Position numbers and translations under genes: made by a program. Source: Xylographa opegraphella (Eukaryota). From it: a stretch of DNA of 64,000 bases. Shown here piece after piece: positions 47,720 through 60,145 of the stretch. The stretch is taken from contig JALDZX010000049.1 of the NCBI GenBank assembly GCA_022813865.1, positions 62,001 to 126,000 on the forward strand, given 5' to 3'. The notes under the pieces are model-generated. The model ran no database searches, was not told the DNA's origin, and saw only the letters and a program-made list of their open reading frames with translations. Within the stretch, counting starts at the first letter, position 1. The number at the start of each line of letters is the position of its first letter.

Positions 47720-49600
47720 TCATTCGCCATATGCCTTGACCACTTCATCCTCCACCCTCCCCACATCTATATCGGGAATACCACCACCCTCGTACTCACT
47801 AGCCGCCTCACCTTCCCTCTTCTCCCTCGCCCCGTCCTTCGTCCCCGCCTGCCCCAGGTCATCCGCGTGCTCGTTCAGCAGCTCCCCCAGCTCCGCGCCC
47901 TCCGCGCAGATCGCCCTCGCCTCCTCTTCGCTCTGCAGGCCCATGTCCTCCATCACAAGCCTACACACCACTTCCGGCAACAGAACCTTCTGCACGAAAC
48001 CGCTCACCTCGCCTCCTGCAGCGACGACCTTATCCCCACCCGCCAGCTTCCGCACCAGTTTCCCGTACTTTTGCACAATGTAGTCCGTTATGATGGCCTC
48101 GCCTTTGCTGCCGTAGTAGCCCGTTTCCGCCCCGCCGTCTTCGTCCGCGCGGGCGAACGCTTGCGCAGCGGTGCGATTGATGCCCGAAGCGACTCTCTGG
48201 GTAAGGAGGTTGCGGTAGTAGCTGGGTTGAATGTTTTTGATGATGGACGTTATGTAGACATCCTGGACAGCTAAGCGAGCGGGCATTTCATCCCAATCTA
48301 TATCTGGGTAGCCGCGAGCTTTCCATGTCGCATGTGCCGTTGCGGTGCGGTGAAGACGGCAGAAGTAGGCTTGTTGGCGGACGGTGAGACGGTGTGATCT
48401 AGTGTGTTCGGCAGTAAAGGCTGCGAGGTCGGAGGGGGAGACGAGTTCTTGACAGACAGGACAGAGAGAAGGAAGTATCGGCGCGGATAATGGCGGGGTG
48501 AAGGTGGAAAGGAAGGAGGGATCGAGGTCGTGGGACGAGGCTATGAGGATCGGCGATGAAGGTGGTGAACTAAGCGTGGACGTTGAGCTGACGGAGCAGG
48601 AGGCGGAGAAGCGCTTCAAGGCTTCTTTGCTTGATGAATTGTTGATTTCGTTACTGACATCATCATGGTGGAGATTGCCGGCCGGAACTTTGAAGGACGG
48701 GGGTTCCATTGACGGCTTACGAGGCATACCTGGTGGAGCGACAAAGGAGAGTTTCTTTTTGTCTTCATTGCCGCATATCCGTGGTGGTATTGCTGGCGGT
48801 GCTTGGAATTCAACGCCTGGGGTGTCTCTCTCCTGTTTGTTTCGAGACGAGCGTCGAGTGCCAGCAGTGGAGCTCGCAGTTTTGGGGAGCTGTGGTGGCT
48901 GCACGAAATCTTCCTTGATCCTTTTGCTCGAGATTTTGTCCACTACTGGCGAGTTAGCGAGTGCAATGGACGGTGCTTATGAATCCATACCCTGTGCCAT
49001 TATGGCATCTGTGTCGGGCATCTTGAACCCATTCGCTTCCTTCTCCACAGCGCTTGCCTTGGCCTGGGGCCCGCTCTTCTTCTGCTTCGGGGACGGTGCA
49101 GAGGCATGAAGATTTCTACTGCTGTATGTTTGTAGTCTCTTACTCTGTGATGATTGAGAAGAGCCGAGCATTCCAAACAGGAATTCATCTTCCTCTTCGT
49201 CCATTTCCTCTTTCGATCGCTTCCGACCTGGCCCATACCAATCTTGCTTGGCGTTTTGTTCCCGAGACGTAAAGGTGGTCGGCTTGATGTGTCCATTTGG
49301 GGCATCGTCGTCGTCTGAAAACTTCGCGGACCTTATAGTGGGAACGCGGAATCCAGAATAGGTAGCCTTCTTCGCGGTTTGGAGCTCGCTATCGGAAAGG
49401 CGTGGCGAGCGGGATGCGTCTGATAGCGGCGATGTTGATTCATCGCTCGTGTCTATTGGAGGGGCATCCCATGCTGGTTCTGGTTGGGAGAGGCGTCCTT
49501 CCTTTGCCGATGATGGCAAGTTCGCAAGCAGGTGCCCATAAGGGTATGTCTCTTTGGTAAGCCCTAGCCTTCTCTTGGGTGGACGGTCCTTTGGCAGCAT
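47720..49600 (-). CDS. RTC4: RTC4-like domain protein (restriction of telomere capping 4), 2 exons
   Basis: CPVC...QQAYFCRLH, W..RGYPDIDW, GYYGSKG, FVQKVLLPEV..RLVMEDM, ELGELLN; intron ~48931-48991. Confidence 0.8.
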
Positions 49601-49815
49601 CTGCGACAGATAATTAAATATTATTGACCCGTATTGCTCACTCACTTATAATGCAATCACAAAGCTGCTGTCACCGTATTGGCGGAGACGTGACACGCGA
49701 AGCGGAGCTGTGGATACACGGAGCGGGGAAAGCAAAACGCCGAGCGAGCGAAAGTAACGACGAGCAGATCTGGATGCTCAACAGCGGACATATGTTCTTC
49801 AAGAAGTGAACATCG

Positions 49816-49884
49816 ACAGTCTACATTTAATCCTCCCCGATTGCGTCAACAGTCTACATTTACTCCTCCCCGACTGATGTCGGG
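49816..49884. repeat. 25-bp direct repeat (period 33) followed by a perfect hairpin
   Basis: ACAGTCTACATTTA(A/C)TCCTCCCCGA at 49816 and 49849; CCCGAC-TGAT-GTCGGG at 49869-49884. Confidence 0.85.
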
Positions 49885-51011
49885 ATCTGGTATACCGCCC
49901 GCTAAGGTATCCACTTTAAACCATGGCAGTCAACTGGAATATTTTATACTAGGATAACAGTATACCATCAGGTCGGAAGTGATTCTGCTACGTTGACAAG
50001 TAATGGATCTGTGATAGTTCTCTGCTTGTTATATCTGGCGGCTTCCAAAGTCTTTTCCCTCATATTAAGTTTCCAACTCTGTATAGTGATCTGCTTGAAG
50101 CAATGTCGATTGAGTCTCTCTTCAATGACTCAACTACGACTTTCATCAATTCCCCTGGTCTTTCAAATCTGGTCTATCTCATGTTCTATTCTAAAGCACT
50201 GTGGCTCCTGACTTGATTACCGTGGTCTGGAAGTTACCACAGACCCTACAGCTCTTGTTTCGAGCCGCGGAATTCCGATAAGCTTGTCCTTCATCCTCAA
50301 GTCGATATATTCTTGTGATTGGTGGTAATGATCATTGGTCGGTGCTGTTGTCTTCGCAAGATGTGCGAGAAGTCTCTTGTTTAGGTTCAGAAGAGATACT
50401 TCGAGTCAATGTCTGCACGCTTTGCTACAGTCAACGAAATATGTTAATGATACCAATTGACTTGAATACTCAATCACAGTGATTACTTCTGGATAAATCC
50501 ATACATATCTGGTTGAATGTACACTTCACCTGTAACAAAGGGATCTCTATCTCGTAAATTCAATACAAAACAATCTCCTCCCTTGCTCAATCAACCAAGT
50601 CCCTTAATCCCACACGAACCAGACCACCTCCAGACTCTCCCACAATAGTAAAAATCCCTCTTAAGCCCTACAACAAAATCCCCCCCTATCCCGCAGGGCT
50701 ACCCCCAAGGCATCTAGCGCTCCACCGCCACCGGAGAAACCCCGTCCGAGACACCGCCAGGGATTAAATCAAGTTACTTGTGCCAGGTACCAGGCAAAAA
50801 GCCATTCATTGACGCACTCCCTCGCCGCCGGACGGCCATTATTCCTCCCTCACCAAACACCGCCGGCGCTCCCAAACAACTGTCCCTCGAGAAGCGCCTC
50901 CTTGCTTCCCTCACCTACCTCTTACGCATCAGTCTCTCAAACCCCAAAACACCAAACAACCTCCCTTCCCATCCCTCACCGTCCACCGTCCACCTTCCCA
51001 CCACCCCCACA

Positions 51012-51323
51012 ATGTCTCAACAGCAACAGCAACAGCAACAGCAGCAGCAAAAAACCCAATCGCAATCGCAACTCTCCCCAGAAGAGCAGCGCACCGCGCT
51101 GCAGAAGCAGCTCTCGACGCTGCAAGCGCAGAACATGTCGCTGGCGGCGTCGGCGCAGCAGGGGGCGCGCGTGCCGCCCGTGCGGCAGTCGCGCATCCTC
51201 GACCGCCCGCCCAAGGCCGACGAGAAGGACAGCACGCTGAAGATCAAGATCGAGCTCGACCTCGAGGTCGAGGTCGATCTGTACGCGCGCGTCAAGGGCG
51301 ACGTCACCATTGGTTTGTTGTGA
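51012..51323 (+). CDS. small conserved fungal protein with poly-Q N-terminus
   Basis: ATG in ACAATG context; (CAR)n poly-Q; C-terminal LKIKIELDLEVEVDLYARVKGDVTIGLL resembles a widespread small Pezizomycotina family. Confidence 0.8.
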   Translation: MSQQQQQQQQQQQKTQSQSQLSPEEQRTALQKQLSTLQAQNMSLAASAQQGARVPPVRQSRILDRPPKADEKDSTLKIKIELDLEVEVDLYARVKGDVTIGLL

Positions 51324-51997
51324 GTGGAAGAGAGGGGGGGGAGGAGGGTGGTGGGTTTGTGGGGGAAGGATTGTGGGGATGGGGGTAGTGCGGAGAGAGT
51401 TAGGGAGGGATATTGGATATGGGTGCATGAGAGGGCGGGGAGACAAAGGGCGAGAGGGTGCGGAGATTGTGATCATCTTGGTGTGGAGGTGGTCATATTA
51501 AGGACGAGAGGAGGGAGAATGATTGTGTGGGTGTGGAAGTACAGTGACGGTGGGAAGCGAAAGGGGATGGGAGGGTGTCCCGATGCGTGTGTTACGGAGA
51601 GTACGGAGAGGATGTATCAAGAACTTTTATGCATAGCAAGGACACCTATTTCTATCTACAAAGGAATTCGTCGAGGGATCTGCTCCGTCCGCAAAGGCAA
51701 AACGTACCGCGTGCTCGGTCCAGTAGGCGCTACCGGGCTTCAACATCAGTTGAAGCCGAACCGAGAGGAAAAAGACACAGAAAAGGGTATCATGTGGTCC
51801 GCATAGTCGAGCACACTTGAACCTCCGCGCTGCCCGCAAGTGTCTCCTGTGGACGACTTCCGAAATTGTCCTCCCATAGAGTGCTCCGATGCGCAGCCAG
51901 GAGGGCAAGCGCCCAACTTACCTGCTCCATTTGGGGCGGGAACTCCCATCAGTAACCCGTACTGATGGGGAATCCCCGCCCACCCATGCCCCCTCCT

Positions 51998-54153
51998 TTA
52001 AGCTGCCAATGCCGACTGCAGAGCGCCGAGTTCTGAAACGGCGCTTCCCAGGAGTGCCTCCAGTCCGATACTATGGGACGTGATCTCCTCTTTATCGTCA
52101 AGTCCCTGCTCGATAACTGCTTCCTTCAGGAATGCCGCCAGCCGTGCCACGTGGGTGGTCACGGACTTCCGTGAGCCCGACTTCGGGTCCGGAGCCGCAG
52201 GCTCCATATTCATGGCTGACCTCAGATTCTCTAGCTCCGCCGCGGAGCTCTGCAGAAAGGCCTCAAGTCGGATACTATGTGGAGTTATAGCCTCATCGCA
52301 GGCCTCAAACTCCTTCGCAGCGCCTTTCAGAAACGCATCTAGGCGGGTCACATGCTTTGTGACTGGTTTTGGTAGGCTATTCAAGTTCTCCTCAATAGCA
52401 CCGACGGGAGAACGCATGGAATCCGTTGATGCTTGTACAGTCGTACTCTTGATCGTTGTGCTAACCTTGGAAAGCACTGTTGGTAGGCTAGAAGCCGTCG
52501 TAGGCTCTGCTGTGAATGGTGAAGCGCTGCATAGGGTAGACGGGTCAATTTCTCTTAGTGGAGAAGCAGTCTGCTTCTTCTCAGCGAGTATAGACTGTTC
52601 TACAGCAGCTGAACCTTTTTCTCTGAGTATAAGACTTTGAAGAAGGTCATGCCCAAACCTAGAATCATCAACGGCTTTCCTAACCACAACATCTGAGCAA
52701 GAAGCAAGTTTCTTTTGTTGATGATTTTCTGGCTGCTCTTGGGCAGCCGCAGCTTTTGTTGAGAAAGTAGGGCTTTGAAGTACATGGTCATTGCAAGCAG
52801 AACCAGTTAAGGCTGTCTTCATGTCAAGAGGAGAAGCTTGACGTACATGGCCAGTCGATTCTATTGAGCGATGTGAGTTCGGGGCCGAGCATCCATTTGT
52901 AGCTTGGGACTTGCTGGCAATCCCTTTCACGGCAATATCTATCGGTAGCACCATTCGTCGATTCTCCTCTGTTCCTCGCTGCTCATGTATCCAGTCCACT
53001 CTTAGATGTGGTGTACTGGGTGAATACAGTTGCGAAGCGCCTTGATGGCCCGAAGAGTCCTCCGGCATGGAAAGTGGAGGTGGGGCTTTCCTACTGCCGC
53101 TAATAGTACTAGGGAACCCTCGAATCTCAACCGGGTCACTGACGGGCTATGCGTTCATTTAGTCTCTGGAAGTCCCCTTACAGTGGTTCAAGAGAACATA
53201 CCTCAACTTTGACACGCTTCTGAAGTGTATCCGACATGTTTTCGGCGTGCGGCTGCCTTAGTCGTTTGAAATTGAGTTGTTTTATCTCATCTTCCAGCGC
53301 AACACAGTGCTTCCATCTGATATTATGAGGAATATCTAAATTTGTAGCTTTGTAGGCATCCCATACGAAGCCAAGGTCGTTACCGTAATATTTGCAAACA
53401 TAGTCTCGGTATGCGGACAAAATGATATCCCAGGGTTTCAGCTTACGTGCCACTGGATTGGTGTTGCAGAATCGATCATAAAAGGTCGACAGAGTTACGT
53501 CTTTCAGTGGTAGGAAATCTCTTGGAGGAATGACATAAAATGTCATCGCTTCGTCACGAGGACTATGTGAATCGCGAAAGCCCCGGGGACCATCAGGTAT
53601 GCTTCTCGTGTTAATATTTGCGGGACCTTGAGGAGGGTCTAACCTGGCGGTGGATCTGAGCCAACATCAGCTTTCATTCAAAGCCCTGGACAAAGTGCCA
53701 AGAATCCGAGCCAGCACTGATATCAGCATAGGTTTCAAAATCCCCCACCAGCATACAATGGAGTCCATTCAACACTTCGATTACTTACTCATACCGTCTG
53801 AATGCCGATGGTGCACTGGGGGTTGGTGCACCGGATCTTCTACTAGCAATCAACCAGTACGGATCCGCTTTCCATTTCTCCAAAATGTCACGGCGATAGC
53901 GGTGATTTGGGTCCAGAATTCCACCCTGTAAGCAAACGTCCAGGTAGTTAGTGAAGGCCTGTGTGAGTATTTGGCGTTCATCCCCGGATGTGTATTGTTG
54001 GCGATTGGCTCTTATAATGAAGAAACGAGAGGCAAATTCCCCTGGCGTTATCTTCAAAACTTCTTCCCTGCCCATACGCGGCATCTCCCAATCAAGGCCA
54101 ATACATCGAAATGAGTGCATTATGAGATAAGGCTGTTGATTGACCATAGCCAT
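51998..54153 (-). CDS. orphan multi-exon hypothetical protein with C-terminal helical repeats
   Basis: ORFs 53785-54153, 53178-~53643 and 51998-53146 join in frame through GT-AG introns (e.g. 53147-53201). Confidence 0.65.
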
Positions 54154-54597
54154 CCCAAGTCTTACAAACGCATGGCCATCCCCAAGGAAGAAGAAACATG
54201 AAATGAGTCAAAGAAAGTGAGAAGAACGAGATGGTGGAGGACTCAGGACAGTCAGAAAGCTACGCGTGTTGTTCAGACTTCCGACCTTTACGCGAGACAT
54301 ACATTCGCTTGGAGTGTCAACACCAGGCTTGAAAAGGGAAGGCGTCCAGTATACTGCTAACCCCAGTTGATCGGGCGACCGGAACACAATGTACATGATA
54401 GCACGGTAGTACGTAGTACGGAGTACGCAGCAGAGTTGACTTAATGTCACACTGACTCCAAGGAGAGATGACACTCATATGATAGAATCCTGAAAGACGT
54501 CTACGAGGAGGACGTTGACATTCTATGGCGTGACGACAACAAGACAGTACCTTACGGAGTATGACATCACCCAATCACAGTGCCAAGCCAGTGCTGC

Positions 54598-54720
54598 AAA
54601 ACCCTAAAACCCGGTCTAGCCGAGTATCACTAGCGTGTCCAATGTGAACTTTTTTTGAGGCGGGGCTAAATATCTGCACTGACGGGTCGACGGAGGCGGG
54701 CAGCGCCCCAGGCATCTCAG
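54598..54720 (+). promoter_or_regulatory. ribosome-biogenesis-type promoter elements of PWP1
   Basis: AACCCTAA (Tbf1-like, 54600), TGAACTTTTTT (RRPE-like, 54645), CATCTCAG (PAC-like, 54713). Confidence 0.45.
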
Positions 54721-54729
54721 AAGCTTCCA

Positions 54730-56424
54730 ATGTCTATGATCACGGCAACCGTATGGGTGCCCAGAGGATATGCAGCTGCATTCCCAACCAAGTACGACGT
54801 GGACGAACATGAGCTTGCTCGCATCTCTAAGCTCGCTAAATTGAAGCTTGATGATGCGAATGAAGAATTAGTGCAAGCCCAGCATAACAGCCACGCAGAA
54901 GACAGCAAGGCAGATGATGACTCGGATGCAGAGGATGGCAACAGCATACATCTCGCACAGTCTAAAGGGTAGCTTCTCCATCTTCAAGCAATCACACCCG
55001 TGTCACTGACCATCGGCGCAAGGGATGCCGACGACGACTTACGAGAGTACGACCTGGAACACTACGACAGCGAGGAGGTTGACGAGGATGGGGAGGCAGT
55101 GTCGATGTTCGGGAATGCCAAGTCGCTTGCCTACCACGAATCCAATGCCGAAGACCCTTATATTACCATGCCGGAAGGAGATGAGGAGGACGAGGAAAGA
55201 GAAGAATTACAGATACTTGCGACAGATAACATGGTAGTTGCGGCAAAGGTGGAGGATGAAGTTGCACATCTGGAGGTATATGTTTATGAAGACGAAGCAG
55301 ATAATCTTTATGTTCATCACGATATTATGTTGCCTGCGATACCGCTATGCTTGGAGTGGCTTGATATACCAGTCGGAAAGACTTCGATGGGCGATACGGT
55401 GGACCAAAGCTTAAGAGCGAATTTTGTGGCAGTAGGAACATTCGATCCTGACATTGAGATCTGGGATCTGGATACGGTGGATTGCATGTACCCGAATGCT
55501 ATCTTAGGCCAGGGTGGTGTGGATCAGAAGGTAGACTCAGAGGATGGGAAGAAGAAAAAGAAACGGAAGAAATCCAAAAAACCAAACGATGACTACCATG
55601 TTGATGCTGTACTTACGATTGCGGCCAGTAAGAACCATCGGACTTTGTTAGCATCAGGCTCGGCAGACAAGACAATCAAGCTTTGGGATCTAAGCACCCT
55701 GAAGTGCGCCAAATCTTACTCTTACCATACCGATAAAGTCTGCTCTCTCATGTGGCATCCCAAGGAAACTACGGTCCTACTGAGTGGAAGCTATGATAGG
55801 ACGGTAGTCGCGGCGGATATGCGAGCACCTGAAGCCAAAGCCCCTCGATGGGGGGTGGAAAGTGATGTGGAAACTGTAAGATGGGATCCGCATGATCCAA
55901 ACTACTTTTATGTCACCACGGAGAACGGAGTGGTACACTATCACGACACCCGAGTCATCCCTTCGTCCCCGGAGAAGGGAACCCCAGTCTGGAAACTACA
56001 AGCCCACGACGAGTCCGTATCCTCATTCGACGTCAATCCCATCATACCCGGCTTTCTGGTGACCGGGTCAACGGACAAGGAGGTCAAACTGTGGAATGTT
56101 CAGCCAAGCGGACCGAGCATGGTGATATCGCGGAATCTCGGGGTCGGAAAAGTATTCTCAACAACATTCGGCCCTGATGCCGAAGTTGGATTCCGGCTGG
56201 CTGTAGCAGGAAGCAAAGGGGCGGTCCAGGTTTGGGACACTTCCACGAACGCTGCGGTCAGGAGAGCATTCGCAACTCGGGTTGCACCCGTTGATGGTGA
56301 GGTCACAGAGCGGATAGTGGGTATGGAGGACGATAGCAGCGACTCGGAGGATGAAGGAGGGGTGGAGCCGGGTGGAGAGAGTACCCAGGGTGGCAATGGC
56401 TGGGAATCAATGGAGGAGGATTGA
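54730..56424 (+). CDS. PWP1: periodic tryptophan protein 1 (WD40, rRNA processing), 2 exons
   Basis: MITATVWVPRG, LREYDLEHYD, LYVHHDIMLPAIPLCLEWLD, WD40 repeats (ASGSADKTIKLWD). Confidence 0.95.
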
Positions 56425-58623
56425 CCTTGCCATTTTCCCGAACTGACGATAATGGATCTCTAACAGGATTGGTCGCAGACCAGACATGCAAACCCTTCCG
56501 CATACTACGATATCGTGGGCGGCGGGATGTCAAGGTTGCATCGGGAGTCCCTTTACGCCTCAACGGCCAGGGTTGGTCGAAGGAGAGCGACTACTAAAAG
56601 ACGTCCATCGGGAAGCTTCGCAATCCTCCCCCACGGCATAATCCTGGCGTGAAGGAAAGGACAGAACGGACAGGCGACGAGGATGAGCTCGAGACTGCAT
56701 TCGCATGCTTGCGCCAAGTCTGCCAATTATAGCCATGGTTACAGAATAGGGCCAGGGAGAAGGCCGATTGAGTACTTACTGAGTCTCGCCCCATGAGTAA
56801 GGTAAGGTAACACATGATGCTACGCCGTCCCACTGCATATTCTCGCACGTGTTTCCCCCCGAGCTTGGCTGCTGTCAGACGTTAAGACCTTCACCTTGGG
56901 ACAGGAGTTGACGCTCACAGAGCTCGCCCGTTGCTCGCAACTGCTTCGTGATCACGATTGCCGTGCTTCTGTGGTTAGCCAGCGATATTCCATCCACGAT
57001 CATCAGTCCTCCTGAATCCACAAACACACAAGTGATGCGGGTGGGAGAAGCTTGAAAAGCTAAACTTGGTGGGCGTTTCACGTGTCAGCCAATAACAGTT
57101 GGATGTGGCTCTAGCGTGCCTTTTACCGTCGCTTAGCAGGGAATTCATTTCACGATTTATTACCGCGCGTTTTCCCCATCTCCACTCAATCATAAGTATG
57201 TACGGAGCATGAACGATGTGATGCGCTACTGTTCTTGTCTTGCTATTGAGCGAAGCATCCGATGATTATCAGAAATATGATAATTGGTTGAGGCGATGAT
57301 GTGCTACACTTTGTTCTAGAGCACTGCGCGTTCCCTTGATGCGCTGTACCCATTATTTCGGCCGCAGTGTGGGATACTACCGTAGGCTTCTAGAAATATC
57401 TGTTTTGCCTCGCTCATGATTGAAAGCGCATATCTGCGGCTGTAACCACAACCGCTTTTCGGTCGAGGACTCGAGGTTGAGTAACGATAGACGCGATGCC
57501 TTTGATGCGTCTAGCTACCTCTCGACCCTTCATGCACTGTGACTCTGATCGTCTTTCACCCGCAAGACCACGCTTGGTGACGTGGACTGATTTGTCGAGG
57601 ATCATCAGAAGAAGGCCGTTGGTTGCATGAGCGGGCTCGACGCCTCGACACGAGGCGCATATCCTCCTACCACCATCAATGCATGTTCTCTTTTCCTTTG
57701 GGGCTTCGAAGAATCCTCGCTAGTCGTGGACGGCTGTTTCGCTTGTCTGTTTTCCGACCTTTGACGGCAAGAGTTTCACCATGCGCACCAGTCATGTCTC
57801 TCTATCTTTGACGATGGTAGACAAAGCTGGGTGTGGTATTGTCCATAGCAGAGGAGCGGTGGTGGACACAATGTTCTCCGCTACATCTAATACTCTCTGT
57901 ACTGCGCTGTTGCTGTTCCTCTCTCTGTCACACCCCGTAGCGCAGGCTATTGTGCAAACTGCACTTGTTTTGGACGTGTTGAAACGACTACATTAGCTGT
58001 GTATTTTACATCCTGCTACTGATTGGTTTCCCGTGCTAGGGTCGTCTAATGTAACCCAAAGTTCTAGCGTTGGCATTTAGCCCTGGAACCAACCCGGGGC
58101 TGACCCTGGACCGGGCGCAAAGCCTGCATGCATCCACACCCAAATCCCACCTTTTCCCCCCTTCTGTTTCTTGCCTTTGCAACCTGCACACGCCGCCTCT
58201 TCAGACACTCCCTTTTCGCCTCTTCCTTTTTGCGCGCGCTTTGTCCGTGCTGTAACACTCTTTCGCACTGCTTCACTGCCACGCTCTTTGCCCGTTATAC
58301 CATATCAGACGGACTGTGTCCGCGGGATCGTTTGAATCAACTGACAGTCGCTGCTACGCATCGCAGAAACACTCTCTTTCCATATCCCACACCTCGCTGC
58401 AAGTCAGCCGATCTTCAGCAATTCACAAGATCACTACTACCATTCACATTCACCTGTACGACTGGAGCCCTCAAAGAACATCTTGGGAAACGTAATCGCA
58501 CACCGTCCGTCAAGCTCCGCTACACAAGCTACGAGTACACTCGGGGAACTGCAAGGCTCGGAAGAGAAATCGCCTTATACAAACCTCACAAAGAACATAT
58601 TAGTACTGCAGCTAAACATCACC

Positions 58624-59424
58624 ATGTCTTTAGCACGAGCTTTGACGAAGCGCTATCGCTCGCACGAGACCTCATCTGTGGTTCCCCCGACTCCCGGTCG
58701 TGCAGCGAGCACCAAGAAGTTTGATCGCAACTTCGACCGCACTCAGATCTCACTGCCGATCGAGCTTTTGTCAACTACGAATGTCCTCGCTCTCACTGCA
58801 CCAGATCTGCATGACCTCCACGACTTCAACAACTCCTCGTCCGCATCATCTGCAACTTCGTTTGATGATTCTTCCAGCTCTCGAGCCGCTTCCAGCTCCT
58901 CCAGCATCTCGGCGCCCGATTCTCCGTCACGAGACTGTTCACCTGTAACTGTGGAGCCCAATCATCTATCCACCTACTTCGAAGCACCCAGCAAGGCCAG
59001 ATCCTCGGTCGGTTCGCATCGTCAGTCCCACACTTCGGTAGACGCAGATGCTCCCGCTATTCCTTCGCGCGCCATGTCGCATACGAAGAAAACCCATCAA
59101 GCGTTAGCTCGTGAGCGCTCACAGTCTATGATCCGAGCGCCTCCCACGAGCCTACTTCCGACAAGTGCACCGAGGTCCAGTCTCGATATGTTCTCCAGCA
59201 AGCCAGATGCCAATCATCCTTTCGGTGCCGAACTGGCCCAAGTCAACGAGCTTGCTGAAGACTTTGGTGTGCAAGATATCACCATCTGGGACGAAGAAGA
59301 GCAATTCCTTGTGGAACACGGCCTTCAGAGGTTCACTGTGGATGACTACGTCAACGAAATCCAAGGTCTCTTCGGCGGTGTTTTCGACGATGGCAGCTAC
59401 TCATTAGTTGCGGCATGGATATAA
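58624..59424 (+). CDS. conserved fungal Ser-rich hypothetical protein
   Basis: MSLARALTKR, RTQISLPIELLSTTN, HPFGAELAQVNELAEDFG, terminal WI; intronless, ACCATG context. Confidence 0.8.
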   Translation: MSLARALTKRYRSHETSSVVPPTPGRAASTKKFDRNFDRTQISLPIELLSTTNVLALTAPDLHDLHDFNNSSSASSATSFDDSSSSRAASSSSSISAPDSPSRDCSPVTVEPNHLSTYFEAPSKARSSVGSHRQSHTSVDADAPAIPSRAMSHTKKTHQALARERSQSMIRAPPTSLLPTSAPRSSLDMFSSKPDANHPFGAELAQVNELAEDFGVQDITIWDEEEQFLVEHGLQRFTVDDYVNEIQGLFGGVFDDGSYSLVAAWI

Positions 59425-59981
59425 ATCGAGTTCAGTGAAGCGTGGAAAGTGGAAGACTGGTATCTTCATCTCAACTGGATATTGATGTCACTGCTTCCTT
59501 CTGTTCACATAATACATTCTTGTCCATACTTTACATCTACTTTGCTATTTTCCTTGAGCTCATATTGGACTCCGACCATGTTCAAAGCGTCAACTACTCA
59601 CATTCCTTACGTGTTATGATCTTTTGGACTCAGAAGGGATTGTTGCAATACTGGAATATAGCTATATGTGGACATCAGCAATGAAAACATAACACAACCT
59701 TTCCTCTGCTTCCTTGTAGCCTCATTCATCGCCCTGAGTGCTGTAGTGATCTCAAAGTAAACGTGATCGGAGCCCGCCTTTCCCATGCATGGAAATATCA
59801 AATTCAATGGGCATTTTGACTGGTCATTGATGTTTGCTGCTCACGTGATTGAGGGATTATGGCTGCGTGGAGGCCAGCACCTGAGGATGATCATGATCAT
59901 ACACAATTTAAGAGACTTACCCATAAATTTCCGTATAGAGTGGCGTGTTCTGAGTTGCATGAGTTTTGTCCATAGTGTCCC

Positions 59982-59993
59982 GATCACGTGATC
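59982..59993. promoter_or_regulatory. palindromic E-box GATCACGTGATC (bHLH: Cbf1/SREBP-type)
   Basis: Perfect 12-bp palindrome ~150 bp upstream of the DUF726 gene; second TCACGTGAT at ~59841. Confidence 0.55.
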
Positions 59994-60145
59994 CATAGAT
60001 TTGACATGATAATCCACCTTTGTTTACTGAAACCCCACAGTGGTTTCAGCATTCCTCCCCAGACCCCGCTGTAGCCGAACTGGGATATCTTGATGGTCTG
60101 CAAATCAGCCCCTGCTGAGTCAAATGGGCTCTGTCCGAAAACACT

